A DNA stretch of 64,000 bases from a virus (taxonomy: Duplodnaviria; Caudoviricetes): positions 92,002-156,001 of IMG/VR virus record IMGVR_UViG_3300031555_002371; one strand, 5' to 3'. The translations under genes were made by a program, and so were the position numbers. Numbering within the stretch: position 1 is the first letter of the stretch; each line of letters starts with the position of its first letter. This document shows positions 22,526 to 32,876 of the stretch, one piece after another. Under the pieces are notes generated by a model, which worked only from the letters and a program-made list of their open reading frames with translations, was not told where the DNA came from and searched no databases.

Positions 22526-22814
22526 TTTTGAAAGAGCTTTGTAATATGAATTATAAAAAATTTCAAGGCAAAAACATTGCAGAGGTTGCCAAGTATCGAG
22601 AGGATTTAAGTAGTTATTGTAATAATTATTATGAGGATGAAGAAGGTAATATTATTTTTGCAAATTCCGATGATGATAATTACACGGACTATTGTTTGGT
22701 AACTTTCGATGGAAGATTAAAACATTTTCACAAAACATTTGCAGAGAGCTGGACGAGTAGTGGGAATGTTATGGAAGTATTTACAGAGTTTTTAAATTAG
22801 AAAGGCGATAGTGT

Positions 22815-23324
22815 ATGAAATTTAAAGATATACCCAGGTTTACACGTGCCGGTTCTTATCAAGTAAATATGCCTCTTAATTATTTTGTAAAATGGGTTAG
22901 AGAAAACCAAGAGGAATGTGGACTTGAAATGAATCCTGATTTTCAGAGAGGTCATGTTTGGACGGAAAAACAGCAAATAGCATATATTGAATTTCTTCTC
23001 CGAGGCGGAAAGTCTGGAAAGGTTGTTTACTTCAATTGCCCTCTTTGGAGTTTAGGCAGCCGAGATTGTGATTTTGTATGTGTTGATGGTTTGCAAAGAA
23101 CAACGGCGATAATGAGATTCATTGACAATGAGATTCCTGCATTCGGTGTTTATTATAAAGACTTTGAAGATAATTTGCCGATGGAAATTGATATTATCGT
23201 TAATATCAACGAACTTAAAACCAGAAAAGAGGTTTTAAAGTGGTACATTGAAATGAATGAGGGTGGCACACCGCACACCGAGGAAGAAATTGAAAGAGTA
23301 AAAAGACTGTTGGAGAGCGAGTAA
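22815..23324 (+). CDS. standalone DUF262 (ParB-like/GmrS-type) protein
   Basis: PDFQRGHVW and VDGLQRTTAI motifs. Confidence 0.8.
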   Translation: MKFKDIPRFTRAGSYQVNMPLNYFVKWVRENQEECGLEMNPDFQRGHVWTEKQQIAYIEFLLRGGKSGKVVYFNCPLWSLGSRDCDFVCVDGLQRTTAIMRFIDNEIPAFGVYYKDFEDNLPMEIDIIVNINELKTRKEVLKWYIEMNEGGTPHTEEEIERVKRLLESE

Positions 23325-23764
23325 TGGGATATAGACGATTATTCATCATGCGTAAGGATTTGAATATGTCTCCTGGTAAGCTCTCCGCACAGGTGGCACA
23401 TTACGCCGAGGCATATTGGACTCATCTGATGAGAGTCAATGTAGAATTTATTGAAGGTGTCAATTGTGAAGATTGTTATTATTCAAAAGTGATTATTCCG
23501 ATTGACGTTTTCAACCAATATATAAATGGTTCTTTTATAAAGACCATATGTGCAGCACGAAACAAAAACCATCTTATGAAAGCCAAAGCTATGGCGGAAG
23601 AAATTGGCTTACAAGAGGGAATAGATTTCGGATTGATATGGGATAACTGTTACACAGAACTAACGCCAGAAGAAGAAAATGGCACTACTCTAACGGGTAT
23701 TTGGTTCAAGCCGTTGCCCGATGAGATTGCGCATAGCATAAGTAAAAAATATCATTTGTATTAA
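23324..23764 (+). CDS. peptidyl-tRNA hydrolase, Pth2 family
   Basis: IMRKDLNMSPGKLSAQVAH, DNCYTEL motifs. Confidence 0.8.
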   Translation: MGYRRLFIMRKDLNMSPGKLSAQVAHYAEAYWTHLMRVNVEFIEGVNCEDCYYSKVIIPIDVFNQYINGSFIKTICAARNKNHLMKAKAMAEEIGLQEGIDFGLIWDNCYTELTPEEENGTTLTGIWFKPLPDEIAHSISKKYHLY

Positions 23765-24034
23765 GGAGGTATTCCCATGAGGGGGATTAAGGAAAACGGT
23801 ATGCAGATATTTGCTATAATCTTCATTTCGATTATGGCTATTATTTGTATTACACAAAATAATTGGATTGGTTTCGTAATTGATATTCTTTTGATTTTGT
23901 CAAATGTGGCATTGATAATCCATAATAGATGGGAAAAGAAAATGATGGAAACGTTTTCAAATTACAAATTCAATTTTGATAATTATGAAAGAAAAAAAAT
24001 TTTTAAAAAATAAAAAATAATTCTGAAAAACTAC

Positions 24035-24083
24035 TTGACAAACGGATTTGTTTGTGCTATAATATATACAGTAAATGAGTTAC
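24035..24083 (+). promoter_or_regulatory. sigma-A promoter plus GTAA-N5-TTAC operator
   Basis: TTGACA-N17-TATAAT; GTAAATGAGTTAC 24071-24083. Confidence 0.85.
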
Positions 24084-24106
24084 AACAAATCAAAGGAGAT
24101 TGTATT

Positions 24107-25951
24107 ATGGTAAACGTAGTAATTAATGATGAGAAAAATGGTGTTGAGGTAAGATTTGATAGCAAGCCCGATGAAGCAGTTCTCGATGTACTCCGCAGCA
24201 ATGGATTTCATTGGAGCAACAAGCAGAAGATGTGGTATGCAAAGCAAACGCCGGAGCGTATGGCGATTGTAAGCGACTTGTTTTCGGGGGATTGTAAAAA
24301 CCATCCTTGTGGCGGTTCTTCTGTTACCGTTAAAAATAAATCTGAAAAACCGCAAAATTACGACCTTTGGGAAGTGACCAGAACCGATGAAATCGGAAAT
24401 AATTTTGCGAAATATAAGATTTATGATACGAAAGAAATCGCAACCATTGTTCGCAAGCATATCAAGCCGAGATTCCCAATGTGCAAGTTCTCCGTCAAGA
24501 GCGACCACAATAGCATCGATGTTGACCTATTGGCAAGTCCTTTTGCAAAAGATAGCGACGAGCTGAAGGCAATCGTTCACTATGTTTATATGTTTGTTGA
24601 GAGTTATAATTACGACAATAGCGACTCGATGACCGATTATTTCGATGTCAACTTCTATTTTTCCAGCGAAAGAAACATTATCTCTTACTCTTACGAACAG
24701 ACCGAAGCAACTGTATCGGATGCAAATATTTCAGCAGCGTTTCAGGAAAAGAAAGCGGAGTACGAAACCGCAGAGCGTGAGAGAGCAGAACGTGAATACC
24801 AGGAACGCAAAAAGCAGATAGAGATTGATAGAGCGGAATCCGCAAAGAGAGAAGTAATCCGTAAAGAAAACCATGCGAAAATCGAAGCGAATGCTGTTGT
24901 TAAAAACCTTTCTTTCTTCGTCATGAACTGCTATGATAAAGTAGAAGAAAATGACGGCTCTTTTTCCAAGAATAGTAGATGTAATTGCAAGGTTCAAAAA
25001 GCGGTTTATCTTACCAAAGAACTTTATGATATGCTCCTAACCATGATGGTGTCCGACTTCTCCTTTTATGAGAATATGGGTGGAAGTTATACCGATGACC
25101 AGCGTATCGTATCATTCCTTGACTTTGAAAAGATGAGCGAGGAAGAACGCAAAACTGTTGAATGGTACAATACAAGTTGCGTTGCTATCTATTGTGATGG
25201 CGAGTTAATGATGGTTGTTGACCCGCAGGGACACGGATATGCGAAATACGTTTATTATATAGATGATGAAAGTAGCATTATCGACAAATATGTAACCTAT
25301 CTTGGCGGACTCTCGGCGGAAGAACATAGAGAGAATAGGGAGCTTGCAAGAATTATTACAGATATTAGCACACAAATCATTGAAGAAAACGGATGGCACG
25401 ACACTTGGAATAACACCAACTTCAAAGAGTACAAAACCATTATCAAAGCGTGGATTTACGAACACAACTTTAAACTTTCTGTCGGTGTAGCAAGAGCTAT
25501 TCAGGACGGATATATTAAAGAAGCAGTGTATAGACTTCTGACCGAAGTTGATGGAATTCGTGAACAGTTTGACCGAGCAGGATTTGAAGAAGGTCAGAAA
25601 GTAACCATTATTCAGATTAATGATTTCGGTGGAATGAGCGTTGGTCATGTGTTGTTCAAGTCCTATATGTTCGGAGAATATGCACAGTATAGAGATGCTG
25701 TAAAGATGGTATTCAGACCCGAAAGAAAAAGAAATGATTATTATAAATGGTTCTACAACGAAGTAATCATTGTTGATGGTTGGGTTGACTTGCCGGAAAG
25801 CCTACTCTGGGAAACCAGCGTATCGAATGGCATGGTTTGCAAGAAAACAAAATTCTTGTCTTGTGATAGAAAGCAGTACGACGTTATTCTTGAATATCTC
25901 AAAGAGCAGAATGCAAATGTTTTGGTAAACACCTATAAACCACAGTTTTAA
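24107..25951 (+). CDS. polyvalent-type protein with LPD29-like domain
   Basis: KEIATIVRKHIKPRFPMCKFSV...YNYDNSDSMTDYFDVNFY; AGGAG RBS. Confidence 0.6.
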   Translation: MVNVVINDEKNGVEVRFDSKPDEAVLDVLRSNGFHWSNKQKMWYAKQTPERMAIVSDLFSGDCKNHPCGGSSVTVKNKSEKPQNYDLWEVTRTDEIGNNFAKYKIYDTKEIATIVRKHIKPRFPMCKFSVKSDHNSIDVDLLASPFAKDSDELKAIVHYVYMFVESYNYDNSDSMTDYFDVNFYFSSERNIISYSYEQTEATVSDANISAAFQEKKAEYETAERERAEREYQERKKQIEIDRAESAKREVIRKENHAKIEANAVVKNLSFFVMNCYDKVEENDGSFSKNSRCNCKVQKAVYLTKELYDMLLTMMVSDFSFYENMGGSYTDDQRIVSFLDFEKMSEEERKTVEWYNTSCVAIYCDGELMMVVDPQGHGYAKYVYYIDDESSIIDKYVTYLGGLSAEEHRENRELARIITDISTQIIEENGWHDTWNNTNFKEYKTIIKAWIYEHNFKLSVGVARAIQDGYIKEAVYRLLTEVDGIREQFDRAGFEEGQKVTIIQINDFGGMSVGHVLFKSYMFGEYAQYRDAVKMVFRPERKRNDYYKWFYNEVIIVDGWVDLPESLLWETSVSNGMVCKKTKFLSCDRKQYDVILEYLKEQNANVLVNTYKPQF

Positions 25952-26489
25952 ATATCACGGTACACCGTTATAATCCTTGTTCCCACATCTAAATGGTGTG
26001 GGAACAGGGGGAATTAAAGAGGAGGAAAATATTGTGAGTAAACACGCAAACAAAATGCCAGACATGAGAGTGTGGAGAGAAAACAGATATAGAGTTTTTA
26101 ATGAGAAAATCAACCATTTTAAAGAGCATCCCAAATACGAATGGTTGCGAAAATATGCTGATGATGCAATGAGATATAACGAGGGTGCAGGATATTATAT
26201 GATAAAAGCTGCGGATTTCATCGAAAGAATTGAGAACGCAAGCATTGAATATATTGCTGATTGGCTTGACGGAAAAAATCAATTGGAATGGTCTGGAATC
26301 AAAAAGGAGGATTGAATATGAGAGTTAGAACTATGACTATACAAGAGGGTCATATGCACAACATTGACCGCTATCCTAATTTTCACAAGAGCGGAAGCAT
26401 TTCTGGAATGAAGCAAAAAGTCTATGGGATGAATGCTTTGCTTGTAAGATGCGGAAGTTATATTTATAATGTTCCATCGGAGGTCTATT

Positions 26490-27212
26490 ATGCTGCCCAC
26501 TAAAATAGGTATTACGGAAGCAGGAGATGCAGGATTAGATTTTTCGTGGGTTGATAAATTGCATGATGTAAATATTATCATAACAAAACACCTTACCATT
26601 GAAAATAAACCGCTTATAAATGCTCTCCTGGAAAACTCACATAAAATCATCTTGCATTGCACTTGCACAGGATATGGTGGAACGAAGATGGAAAAGAATG
26701 TGCCTACGCCGTTTGAAGTTTACGATGGTGTTCGTAGTTTGATTCAAAAAGGATTCCCGGTATCTAATATCGTTTTAAGAACAGACCCGATTATTCCGAC
26801 AATTAAAGGAATACATAGGGTTGAAAAGGTGTGGGATTTGTTTTCCGATACGGAAATTAAAAGATGTCGTTATTCTGTTATTGATATGTACCCACATACC
26901 AGAGAAAGAATTATTTCTGTGTATGGAGAATTACCATTTGAAACATTCAAAGCTCCGGCAAGAATGATGGATATGGTAAGAAGTGCGGTTGAAAAATATG
27001 GTAGATATGAATTTGAATCATGCGCCGAAAATCTTCCGCAGCAAGTAGGGTGCGTTAGTCAAAAGGATTTTGATATTCTTGGCGTTTCATTTGAAAACAA
27101 CGTGGGCGGATTTCAGCGAAAAGGTTGCCTATGTGTGGCAGGTAAAACAGAATTATTAAATAACAAAACAAGATGTCCTTCTGGATGTTTGTATTGTTAT
27201 TGGAAAGATTGA
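26490..27212 (+). CDS. DUF1848-like / radical-SAM-related Fe-S protein
   Basis: RTDPII and C-terminal CPSGCLYCYW. Confidence 0.55.
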   Translation: MLPTKIGITEAGDAGLDFSWVDKLHDVNIIITKHLTIENKPLINALLENSHKIILHCTCTGYGGTKMEKNVPTPFEVYDGVRSLIQKGFPVSNIVLRTDPIIPTIKGIHRVEKVWDLFSDTEIKRCRYSVIDMYPHTRERIISVYGELPFETFKAPARMMDMVRSAVEKYGRYEFESCAENLPQQVGCVSQKDFDILGVSFENNVGGFQRKGCLCVAGKTELLNNKTRCPSGCLYCYWKD

Positions 27213-27262
27213 TAATATGTATGCAAGGTGAAAAATATTTATAAATAAATCTGAAAAACCTC

Positions 27263-27313
27263 TTGACAAAACTAAAAGAATGTGATATACTATAGATACA
27301 GTAAATGAGTTAC
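27263..27313 (+). promoter_or_regulatory. promoter plus GTAA-N5-TTAC operator upstream of the recombinase
   Basis: TTGACA-N17-TATACT; GTAAATGAGTTAC 27301-27313. Confidence 0.8.
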
Positions 27314-27328
27314 AAAAGGAGGCACACA

Positions 27329-28267
27329 ATGTCAACTAATACCGCAATTATTTCTTCTCCGTTCACGGATAAGGTATTCATCGTCGATTTGCCGGAAACC
27401 AAACTGAAAAAGGATGGCACTCCGAAAAAGACGGTATGTAACAAGAAAAAGGGAAGAAAGTCCGAAGTATATCCGTTCTCAATTGAGGATGCAAAGAAAA
27501 TGGTGAACTACTTCAAAGAAAATGAGATGTGGCATCATTACCTTATCTTCGTTATGTCCTGCAATATGGCAAGACGAATTGGCGATACCCTCTCGTTGAC
27601 ATGGGAACACATTTTCAATCCAAGAAACGGCGCAATTCGTGAGAACCTTTTGGAAATCCAAGAGGATAAGACCGACAAGCTCGCCAATCCGAGAATTAAT
27701 CCTGCTTGTGTTGCAGCAATCAAGTTGTTTATCGAAAAGACCAAATGCGAGCCAAGCAAAGATAACTACTCTGGTTATGTGTTTATGCAACTCACTGGCA
27801 CTCACAAGGGCAATGTAATGACCGCTGATGGCTACCGTAAAGCCTTGAAAAAGGCGGCTGTGGCGGTTGGAATCGAGTACAATATTGGAACTCATAGCCC
27901 ACGCAAATCGTTTGGTATGTGGTCAAGAATGCTTCATCCTGGCGACTATGACAGCATGGAACTCCTTCAGACTATTTACAATCATTCCGACACCAAGACC
28001 ACGAAGCACTATATCGGCTTGACCAAGCAGAAGATTGATAAGTATTATGACGATATGGGCGCATTCTTCGATGAGTATGTAACTGGTGATAAAGAGTATA
28101 TGAGCGTTTCGGAAACCCCAATCGTAAGTCTTGATACAAACGATTTGAGAGACATTATCCGAGCAGCATATGAGGCTGGCGGAAATAATTTCGGCAACGC
28201 TGACCCGATGGTTCATGTAGATGCCATCAATGAGATTATGAGTATGATTGAAAGTTTAGCAAAGTGA
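27329..28267 (+). CDS. tyrosine recombinase/integrase family protein
   Basis: catalytic set R(RIGD)...K...HSPRK...NHS...HYIG. Confidence 0.9.
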   Translation: MSTNTAIISSPFTDKVFIVDLPETKLKKDGTPKKTVCNKKKGRKSEVYPFSIEDAKKMVNYFKENEMWHHYLIFVMSCNMARRIGDTLSLTWEHIFNPRNGAIRENLLEIQEDKTDKLANPRINPACVAAIKLFIEKTKCEPSKDNYSGYVFMQLTGTHKGNVMTADGYRKALKKAAVAVGIEYNIGTHSPRKSFGMWSRMLHPGDYDSMELLQTIYNHSDTKTTKHYIGLTKQKIDKYYDDMGAFFDEYVTGDKEYMSVSETPIVSLDTNDLRDIIRAAYEAGGNNFGNADPMVHVDAINEIMSMIESLAK

Positions 28268-28276
28268 GGGCAGAGA

Positions 28277-28939
28277 ATGATTACAGCGTATTTTGTAAAA
28301 AAGATTGCGGAAGATAATCCGGATAAATATTGGTATCGTATCGACGGTGATAATGTTATCAACAAGGAAAGCAATCAGGTTGTGGGTAGTTTGGATACCC
28401 TTGTTTCCATTTTGCGCAAGAAAATGCATTGTGATTTCGATGTGATTTTCTATTGTCATGTTTCGCTTGTCACCATTTATCAATGCAAAGAGTGTGGAAC
28501 GGTTATTTTTTCAAGAGATGACGAAGAATATGACCCCAATTTACGATGTCCGACGTGTGGAGAATATAAAACACATTTTGAATATTGGACTGCTGAAGAT
28601 ATTGCAAATGATGAGAATAAGAAGAATACCATTGAAACATACAAACAAATGCAGCAAGATAGAATTGAGGAGGATAAACGTTATGTGAAACGTGGAAATA
28701 AATATGATTGGCAAATTTGGCGCGGGAGAATTAAGCTCCCAAAAAGAGCAATCATTCTTGACCTCGAATGCGACAATTTGTTTAGAACCAGGCTCAAAGG
28801 TTTACGATTGAATGTTCATTGGGCGCACAAAGACGGAATATCTTATATTTATCAAAAGCATTTTACAATTCCGCTCTCCTGGTCGGCATTAAAAATACAA
28901 ATAAGAATCAGGAGAAAGCGAAAAAACACAGAAGAATAA
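28277..28939 (+). CDS. hypothetical protein with CxxC pairs
   Basis: 220 aa; CKEC/CPTC. Confidence 0.6.
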   Translation: MITAYFVKKIAEDNPDKYWYRIDGDNVINKESNQVVGSLDTLVSILRKKMHCDFDVIFYCHVSLVTIYQCKECGTVIFSRDDEEYDPNLRCPTCGEYKTHFEYWTAEDIANDENKKNTIETYKQMQQDRIEEDKRYVKRGNKYDWQIWRGRIKLPKRAIILDLECDNLFRTRLKGLRLNVHWAHKDGISYIYQKHFTIPLSWSALKIQIRIRRKRKNTEE

Positions 28940-28976
28940 ATTTTTCGACTTTTTAACACTAAATCTGAAAAACCTC

Positions 28977-29027
28977 TTGACAAATCCGTGTGAATGTGAT
29001 ATAATAGGAATACAGTAAACGAGTTAC
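28977..29027 (+). promoter_or_regulatory. promoter plus GTAA-N5-TTAC operator upstream of mazF
   Basis: TTGACA-N17-TATAAT; GTAAACGAGTTAC 29015-29027. Confidence 0.85.
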
Positions 29028-29151
29028 AACTTTTTACTGTTAACGCTATGGGCTGGGAGTATAAATAAAAGCCCAACATGATATACAAGTGAAAGCAGAA
29101 TCCAGCCGTAGCGGTTACATAAGCATTATTAGTCACAAGGAGGCGTGGATT

Positions 29152-29544
29152 ATGCAGAGTACCACATATAACATTAATATTCGCCCTAAGTGTGGCGAAA
29201 TTTGGATGTGTAACTTGAGTGTTAAAGGAGGGAGTGTACAAGGCGGATACCGCCCGGTATTTATACTATCAAACGATAAGAATAATACATATAGCACAAC
29301 TCTTAATATTATTCCTATCACTTCAAAAATGAACAAGAAACGACTACCTGTTCACGTTGAACTGTGGTTGTATCAGGAATACGGTCTTAAATCTCCAAGT
29401 ACGATGCTCGTAGAACAAATAATGACTGTTCCGGTTGATTCTTTCGATAAGTGTGTTGGAAAAGTGTCAGACAATAAAGTTTTATCGGATATTAGCAATG
29501 CCATTGCCATTCAGTTTCCGATTATGCAAATGGTTAGTGACTAA
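29152..29544 (+). CDS. PemK/MazF family endoribonuclease (no adjacent MazE)
   Basis: GEIWMCNL...GSVQGGYRPVFILSND...IPITSK...EQI motifs. Confidence 0.9.
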   Translation: MQSTTYNINIRPKCGEIWMCNLSVKGGSVQGGYRPVFILSNDKNNTYSTTLNIIPITSKMNKKRLPVHVELWLYQEYGLKSPSTMLVEQIMTVPVDSFDKCVGKVSDNKVLSDISNAIAIQFPIMQMVSD

Positions 29545-29568
29545 TTTATAAATAATTCTGAAAAGGTC

Positions 29569-29597
29569 TTGACAAAAGAATGGGTTTGCTGTATAAT
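29569..29597 (+). promoter_or_regulatory. sigma-A promoter
   Basis: TTGACA-N17-TATAAT with upstream AATTCTGAAAA box. Confidence 0.8.
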
Positions 29598-29628
29598 ATT
29601 AACATGGGTATCGTGGAGGTAGTATATC

Positions 29629-30630
29629 ATGGCAAAAAAAACTACAAAAGAACTGATGGACGAATTCTTTGATAGCCACAGTGGTGACACTATCATAAGA
29701 ATGCGCTCTCAGGTTGATAGACCGGAACTTTATGAATATGAAGAAAAAATTGGCAAGCAGCTTGTTGACATGAATGTTGACGAATTGTTTGAAATGATAA
29801 TGTCATTTAAAGCGAACAACCGTAAAAACGCTAAGTTTATGGTGTCTCATTCTTCTTATGCACAAATTTCCTATTTGTATCGCGCAATTTTCAATTATTA
29901 CATTGACAATATCGAGATTATTCGTAATCCGTTTAATGACCCTCGCATGAGAGGTAGAGAAGCAAATAAGCGTCTGGCTCAAAACAGAGATACATTAACA
30001 TGGAATTCCGTTCAGGAAATCCTCAACAATGTCCATCGTGATTTTGAGCATGATAAAGCAGACTACATTGAGTGTATTATACAGTTATTCTATAACGGCT
30101 TTGCAAATGTAGATGAGATTGTCAATCTGACGAAAGATGATGTAAACACTAAAAACAAAACAGTTCGTCTTAACGGTAGAACAAGAACGTTGTCAGATAG
30201 ATGTTACGAACTTCTTATTAAAGTGCATAACATGGATAAACTGGATGGTTGGCGTGGCGATTTTCTTATGGCAAGTTGGCATGGAAACTATTTCAAATAC
30301 CCCATTCGTCCGAAGAATGAGTTTGATTTTGCAGACAAGACTCTTGTTGAAGTTGGAAGTATTTTGAATCGTTATTTATCGGAAAACATTAATAAGAAGT
30401 ACGATACAAAGTTTAATTATCATAATCTGTTTTATCTTGGCTTCTTTGACCACATAGTTTCTAAAGTTGGTAGACAAAGAGCGAATGAGTTGGTTACATC
30501 TTATCGTAGCTCAGAGGATGCAGCCGAACTTATGAATTTTGCAAATAATTACGGTGTGGTAATCGACAATGTATCTCATCTCAAGAGAGCGTTGCAGCCG
30601 TATATCGATGTGGAAGAAATTGAGGAATAA
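29629..30630 (+). CDS. integrase-fold protein lacking clear catalytic residues; MrpR/YopR-like repressor candidate
   Basis: 333 aa; SAM-like N-terminus (YEEKIGKQLVDMNVDEL...NPF); LFYNGFANVDEIVNLTKDDV without the catalytic Arg or HxxR. Confidence 0.55.
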   Translation: MAKKTTKELMDEFFDSHSGDTIIRMRSQVDRPELYEYEEKIGKQLVDMNVDELFEMIMSFKANNRKNAKFMVSHSSYAQISYLYRAIFNYYIDNIEIIRNPFNDPRMRGREANKRLAQNRDTLTWNSVQEILNNVHRDFEHDKADYIECIIQLFYNGFANVDEIVNLTKDDVNTKNKTVRLNGRTRTLSDRCYELLIKVHNMDKLDGWRGDFLMASWHGNYFKYPIRPKNEFDFADKTLVEVGSILNRYLSENINKKYDTKFNYHNLFYLGFFDHIVSKVGRQRANELVTSYRSSEDAAELMNFANNYGVVIDNVSHLKRALQPYIDVEEIEE

Positions 30631-30634
30631 AATA

Positions 30635-30659
30635 ATAGGCTGCCTCCGGGCAGCCTATA
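30635..30659 (+). terminator. GC-rich hairpin after the MrpR-like gene
   Basis: ATAGGCTGCC-TCCG-GGCAGCCTAT; weak U-tract. Confidence 0.5.
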
Positions 30660-30721
30660 TCAAAACTTTTACAAATAAATCTGAACAACCATAATAAACG
30701 GAAAGGAAGAAAAAAAAACAA

Positions 30722-31342
30722 ATGGTTGCTTATGTATTATCCGATGGAACAGGCAGATATATAAGAAAAGATAATGGTTCTGGAAAATATGTCTCAGTCA
30801 AAGGAGAAAAATATGCGTTGCAATTCCAGACATCAGAATCCGCATTGAAAATCCTATACAATAGTATACCCAAAACAATCCGAGATAACTTCGGAGTAGA
30901 AGAAATCGTCATTGAAGATGTTAAGACCACAAAGAATATGGATGTAGTCAAAGGTATCATCAATAAGAATATTGTCGATAATGAAATTTCGTCGTGGCTA
31001 ACCAAAGTCGATGCATTTATCGAACTTACAGAAAATGTAGAGGCACGAATTGTTGAACTTGTTGAGCTGTTAAGTACGACGGATAAAGAGATTTGTGATA
31101 TCCAGCATTACATTGAATTCAGCAGCTTAAATGCTTATCAAGGATGGTTAGCAACAAGTATGCTTCAGAACCGGCTTCGTCAGCGAAGAAAATATAAAGA
31201 TGAGCTTGCAGCACTTAACTTAATTAAATCTTGTAAGATTGATTCAAAGTCAATTGAGAATTTACATAGATCAGTTGATGGACTCGGAGGGCGAAAGTAT
31301 TCTCCCAGAGTGCTATCAGAATTGTTTCTGGATACAAAATGA
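30722..31342 (+). CDS. conserved phage hypothetical protein
   Basis: 206 aa; DIQHYIE...R...Y.PR pattern. Confidence 0.6.
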   Translation: MVAYVLSDGTGRYIRKDNGSGKYVSVKGEKYALQFQTSESALKILYNSIPKTIRDNFGVEEIVIEDVKTTKNMDVVKGIINKNIVDNEISSWLTKVDAFIELTENVEARIVELVELLSTTDKEICDIQHYIEFSSLNAYQGWLATSMLQNRLRQRRKYKDELAALNLIKSCKIDSKSIENLHRSVDGLGGRKYSPRVLSELFLDTK

Positions 31343-31959
31343 ATCGAAGATATACACTTGCAGACCTTTACGTAGACCCAAATTTACATATTGAAAAATG
31401 CAACAAATGCGGAGCAGAACCGAGATGGGAGAGTTTGGAAAGACACCGATTGTATTGCGAAAAATGCCATCAAATAGGACACCCTAAAACAACTCATTGT
31501 TGGTATAAAAGAAATGATACCATTGATGAATGGAACAGATTGAACCACCCAACCGATAAAAGCGGTGAGAAGGAGTGAGAATTGAAATAGACAGAAGTAA
31601 ATGCGGAAGTGAATATTCTTTATGTCCACGATGCAAGTTTGAAAACGAAAATGATTATGACAAGTGTGGTTATTGCACAATGGTAGTCGATGTCGCTTAT
31701 AGTTTCTTAATTTGCGGTATTCCTATTGGTTCGGGAATTACGCATTTACACAAGAATTTTGAGCCGAAAGAGAAAGGCGGTACGGAGTGATGAATGAATT
31801 GTTGAAGAAATTGCTTGATGAAGCAGATGTAAAATTCGGTTGCTTTAATGCGTTTTGCACAGAAAGAGCAACAGAAGAAGCGAAGAAAAACTTATGCGAT
31901 TTTCTTGTTTCAAATGGCGTAATTGTATCACGCACACCACGGAAAGAGGGGGCGAGGGT

Positions 31960-32373
31960 GTGAACAAAGAATTGATGTTTTCAAGCAAAACGGATTTGTG
32001 GTCAACGCCGCAGGATTTATTTGATAAATACAACGAGATATATCATTTTGAAACAGATGTGTGTGCTTTGCCCGAAAATGCAAAATGCGAAAAATTCTTT
32101 ACTCCTGAAATGGACGGATTAAAGCAAGAATGGACAGGTGTTTGTTGGTGTAATCCTCTGTATGGCAGGCAGATCGGGAAATGGGTCGAAAAGGCTTGTA
32201 AATCGTTTGCAACGGTTGTAATGCTCATTCCTGCAAGAACAGACACAAAATGGTTTCACGATTATTGTTTGCCTTATGGAAAAATTGAGTTTTTGCGTGG
32301 TAGATTGAAATTTGGCGGATGCGAAAATCATGCTCCATTTCCGAGTATGATCGTAGTATTCAAAGCAGATTAA
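31960..32373 (+). CDS. phage DNA N6-adenine methyltransferase (Dam-like), NPLY variant
   Basis: WSTPQDLF, DVCA, WCNPLYG, PARTDT, GRLKF, APFPS. Confidence 0.85.
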   Translation: MNKELMFSSKTDLWSTPQDLFDKYNEIYHFETDVCALPENAKCEKFFTPEMDGLKQEWTGVCWCNPLYGRQIGKWVEKACKSFATVVMLIPARTDTKWFHDYCLPYGKIEFLRGRLKFGGCENHAPFPSMIVVFKAD

Positions 32374-32876
32374 GCCGGTGATACATTGGATTTATCCTCT
32401 GACATATTATTGTGGTTTGGGGGAAACTCAAAGGAAGATAGAGATGTGAAAGATAAAGTTTTAAAATACTTTGTAAAAGTAAAAGAATCCACAAACCTCT
32501 TTCTATGGTCTATCACGCCGAGGACATACAATCTTCAGCAATGTATTTATATTGTACAGAGAAGGAAATAGTATTTCTTACATAAACAAAACTGGTAATG
32601 AAACCGTTATTTTATTATCAAAAATACGAAAGGTAGATAAGAAAATGGGAAAGAAAAGATTGGAACTCGTCTTTGAGGTGGACGAAGTAAATGAAAGACT
32701 GAACATTTCCGGAACGAATGAAGGATTTAGCGGATATGAATTGGTCGGAATTCTTGAATGCAAAAAGCAAGACATTATCGACCAAATAACAGGTCGAGCA
32801 AAATTTAATCGTATATATAAGAATCCGGACGGAAGTACAATCGAGATTGAAAAAGTAGAAAGCGAGAAAAATTGAT

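Noticed and set aside
27329-28267. Prophage boundary/att site at the recombinase
   Set aside because: Phage-like genes and the same promoter motifs continue on both sides; no host genes or flanking direct repeat seen
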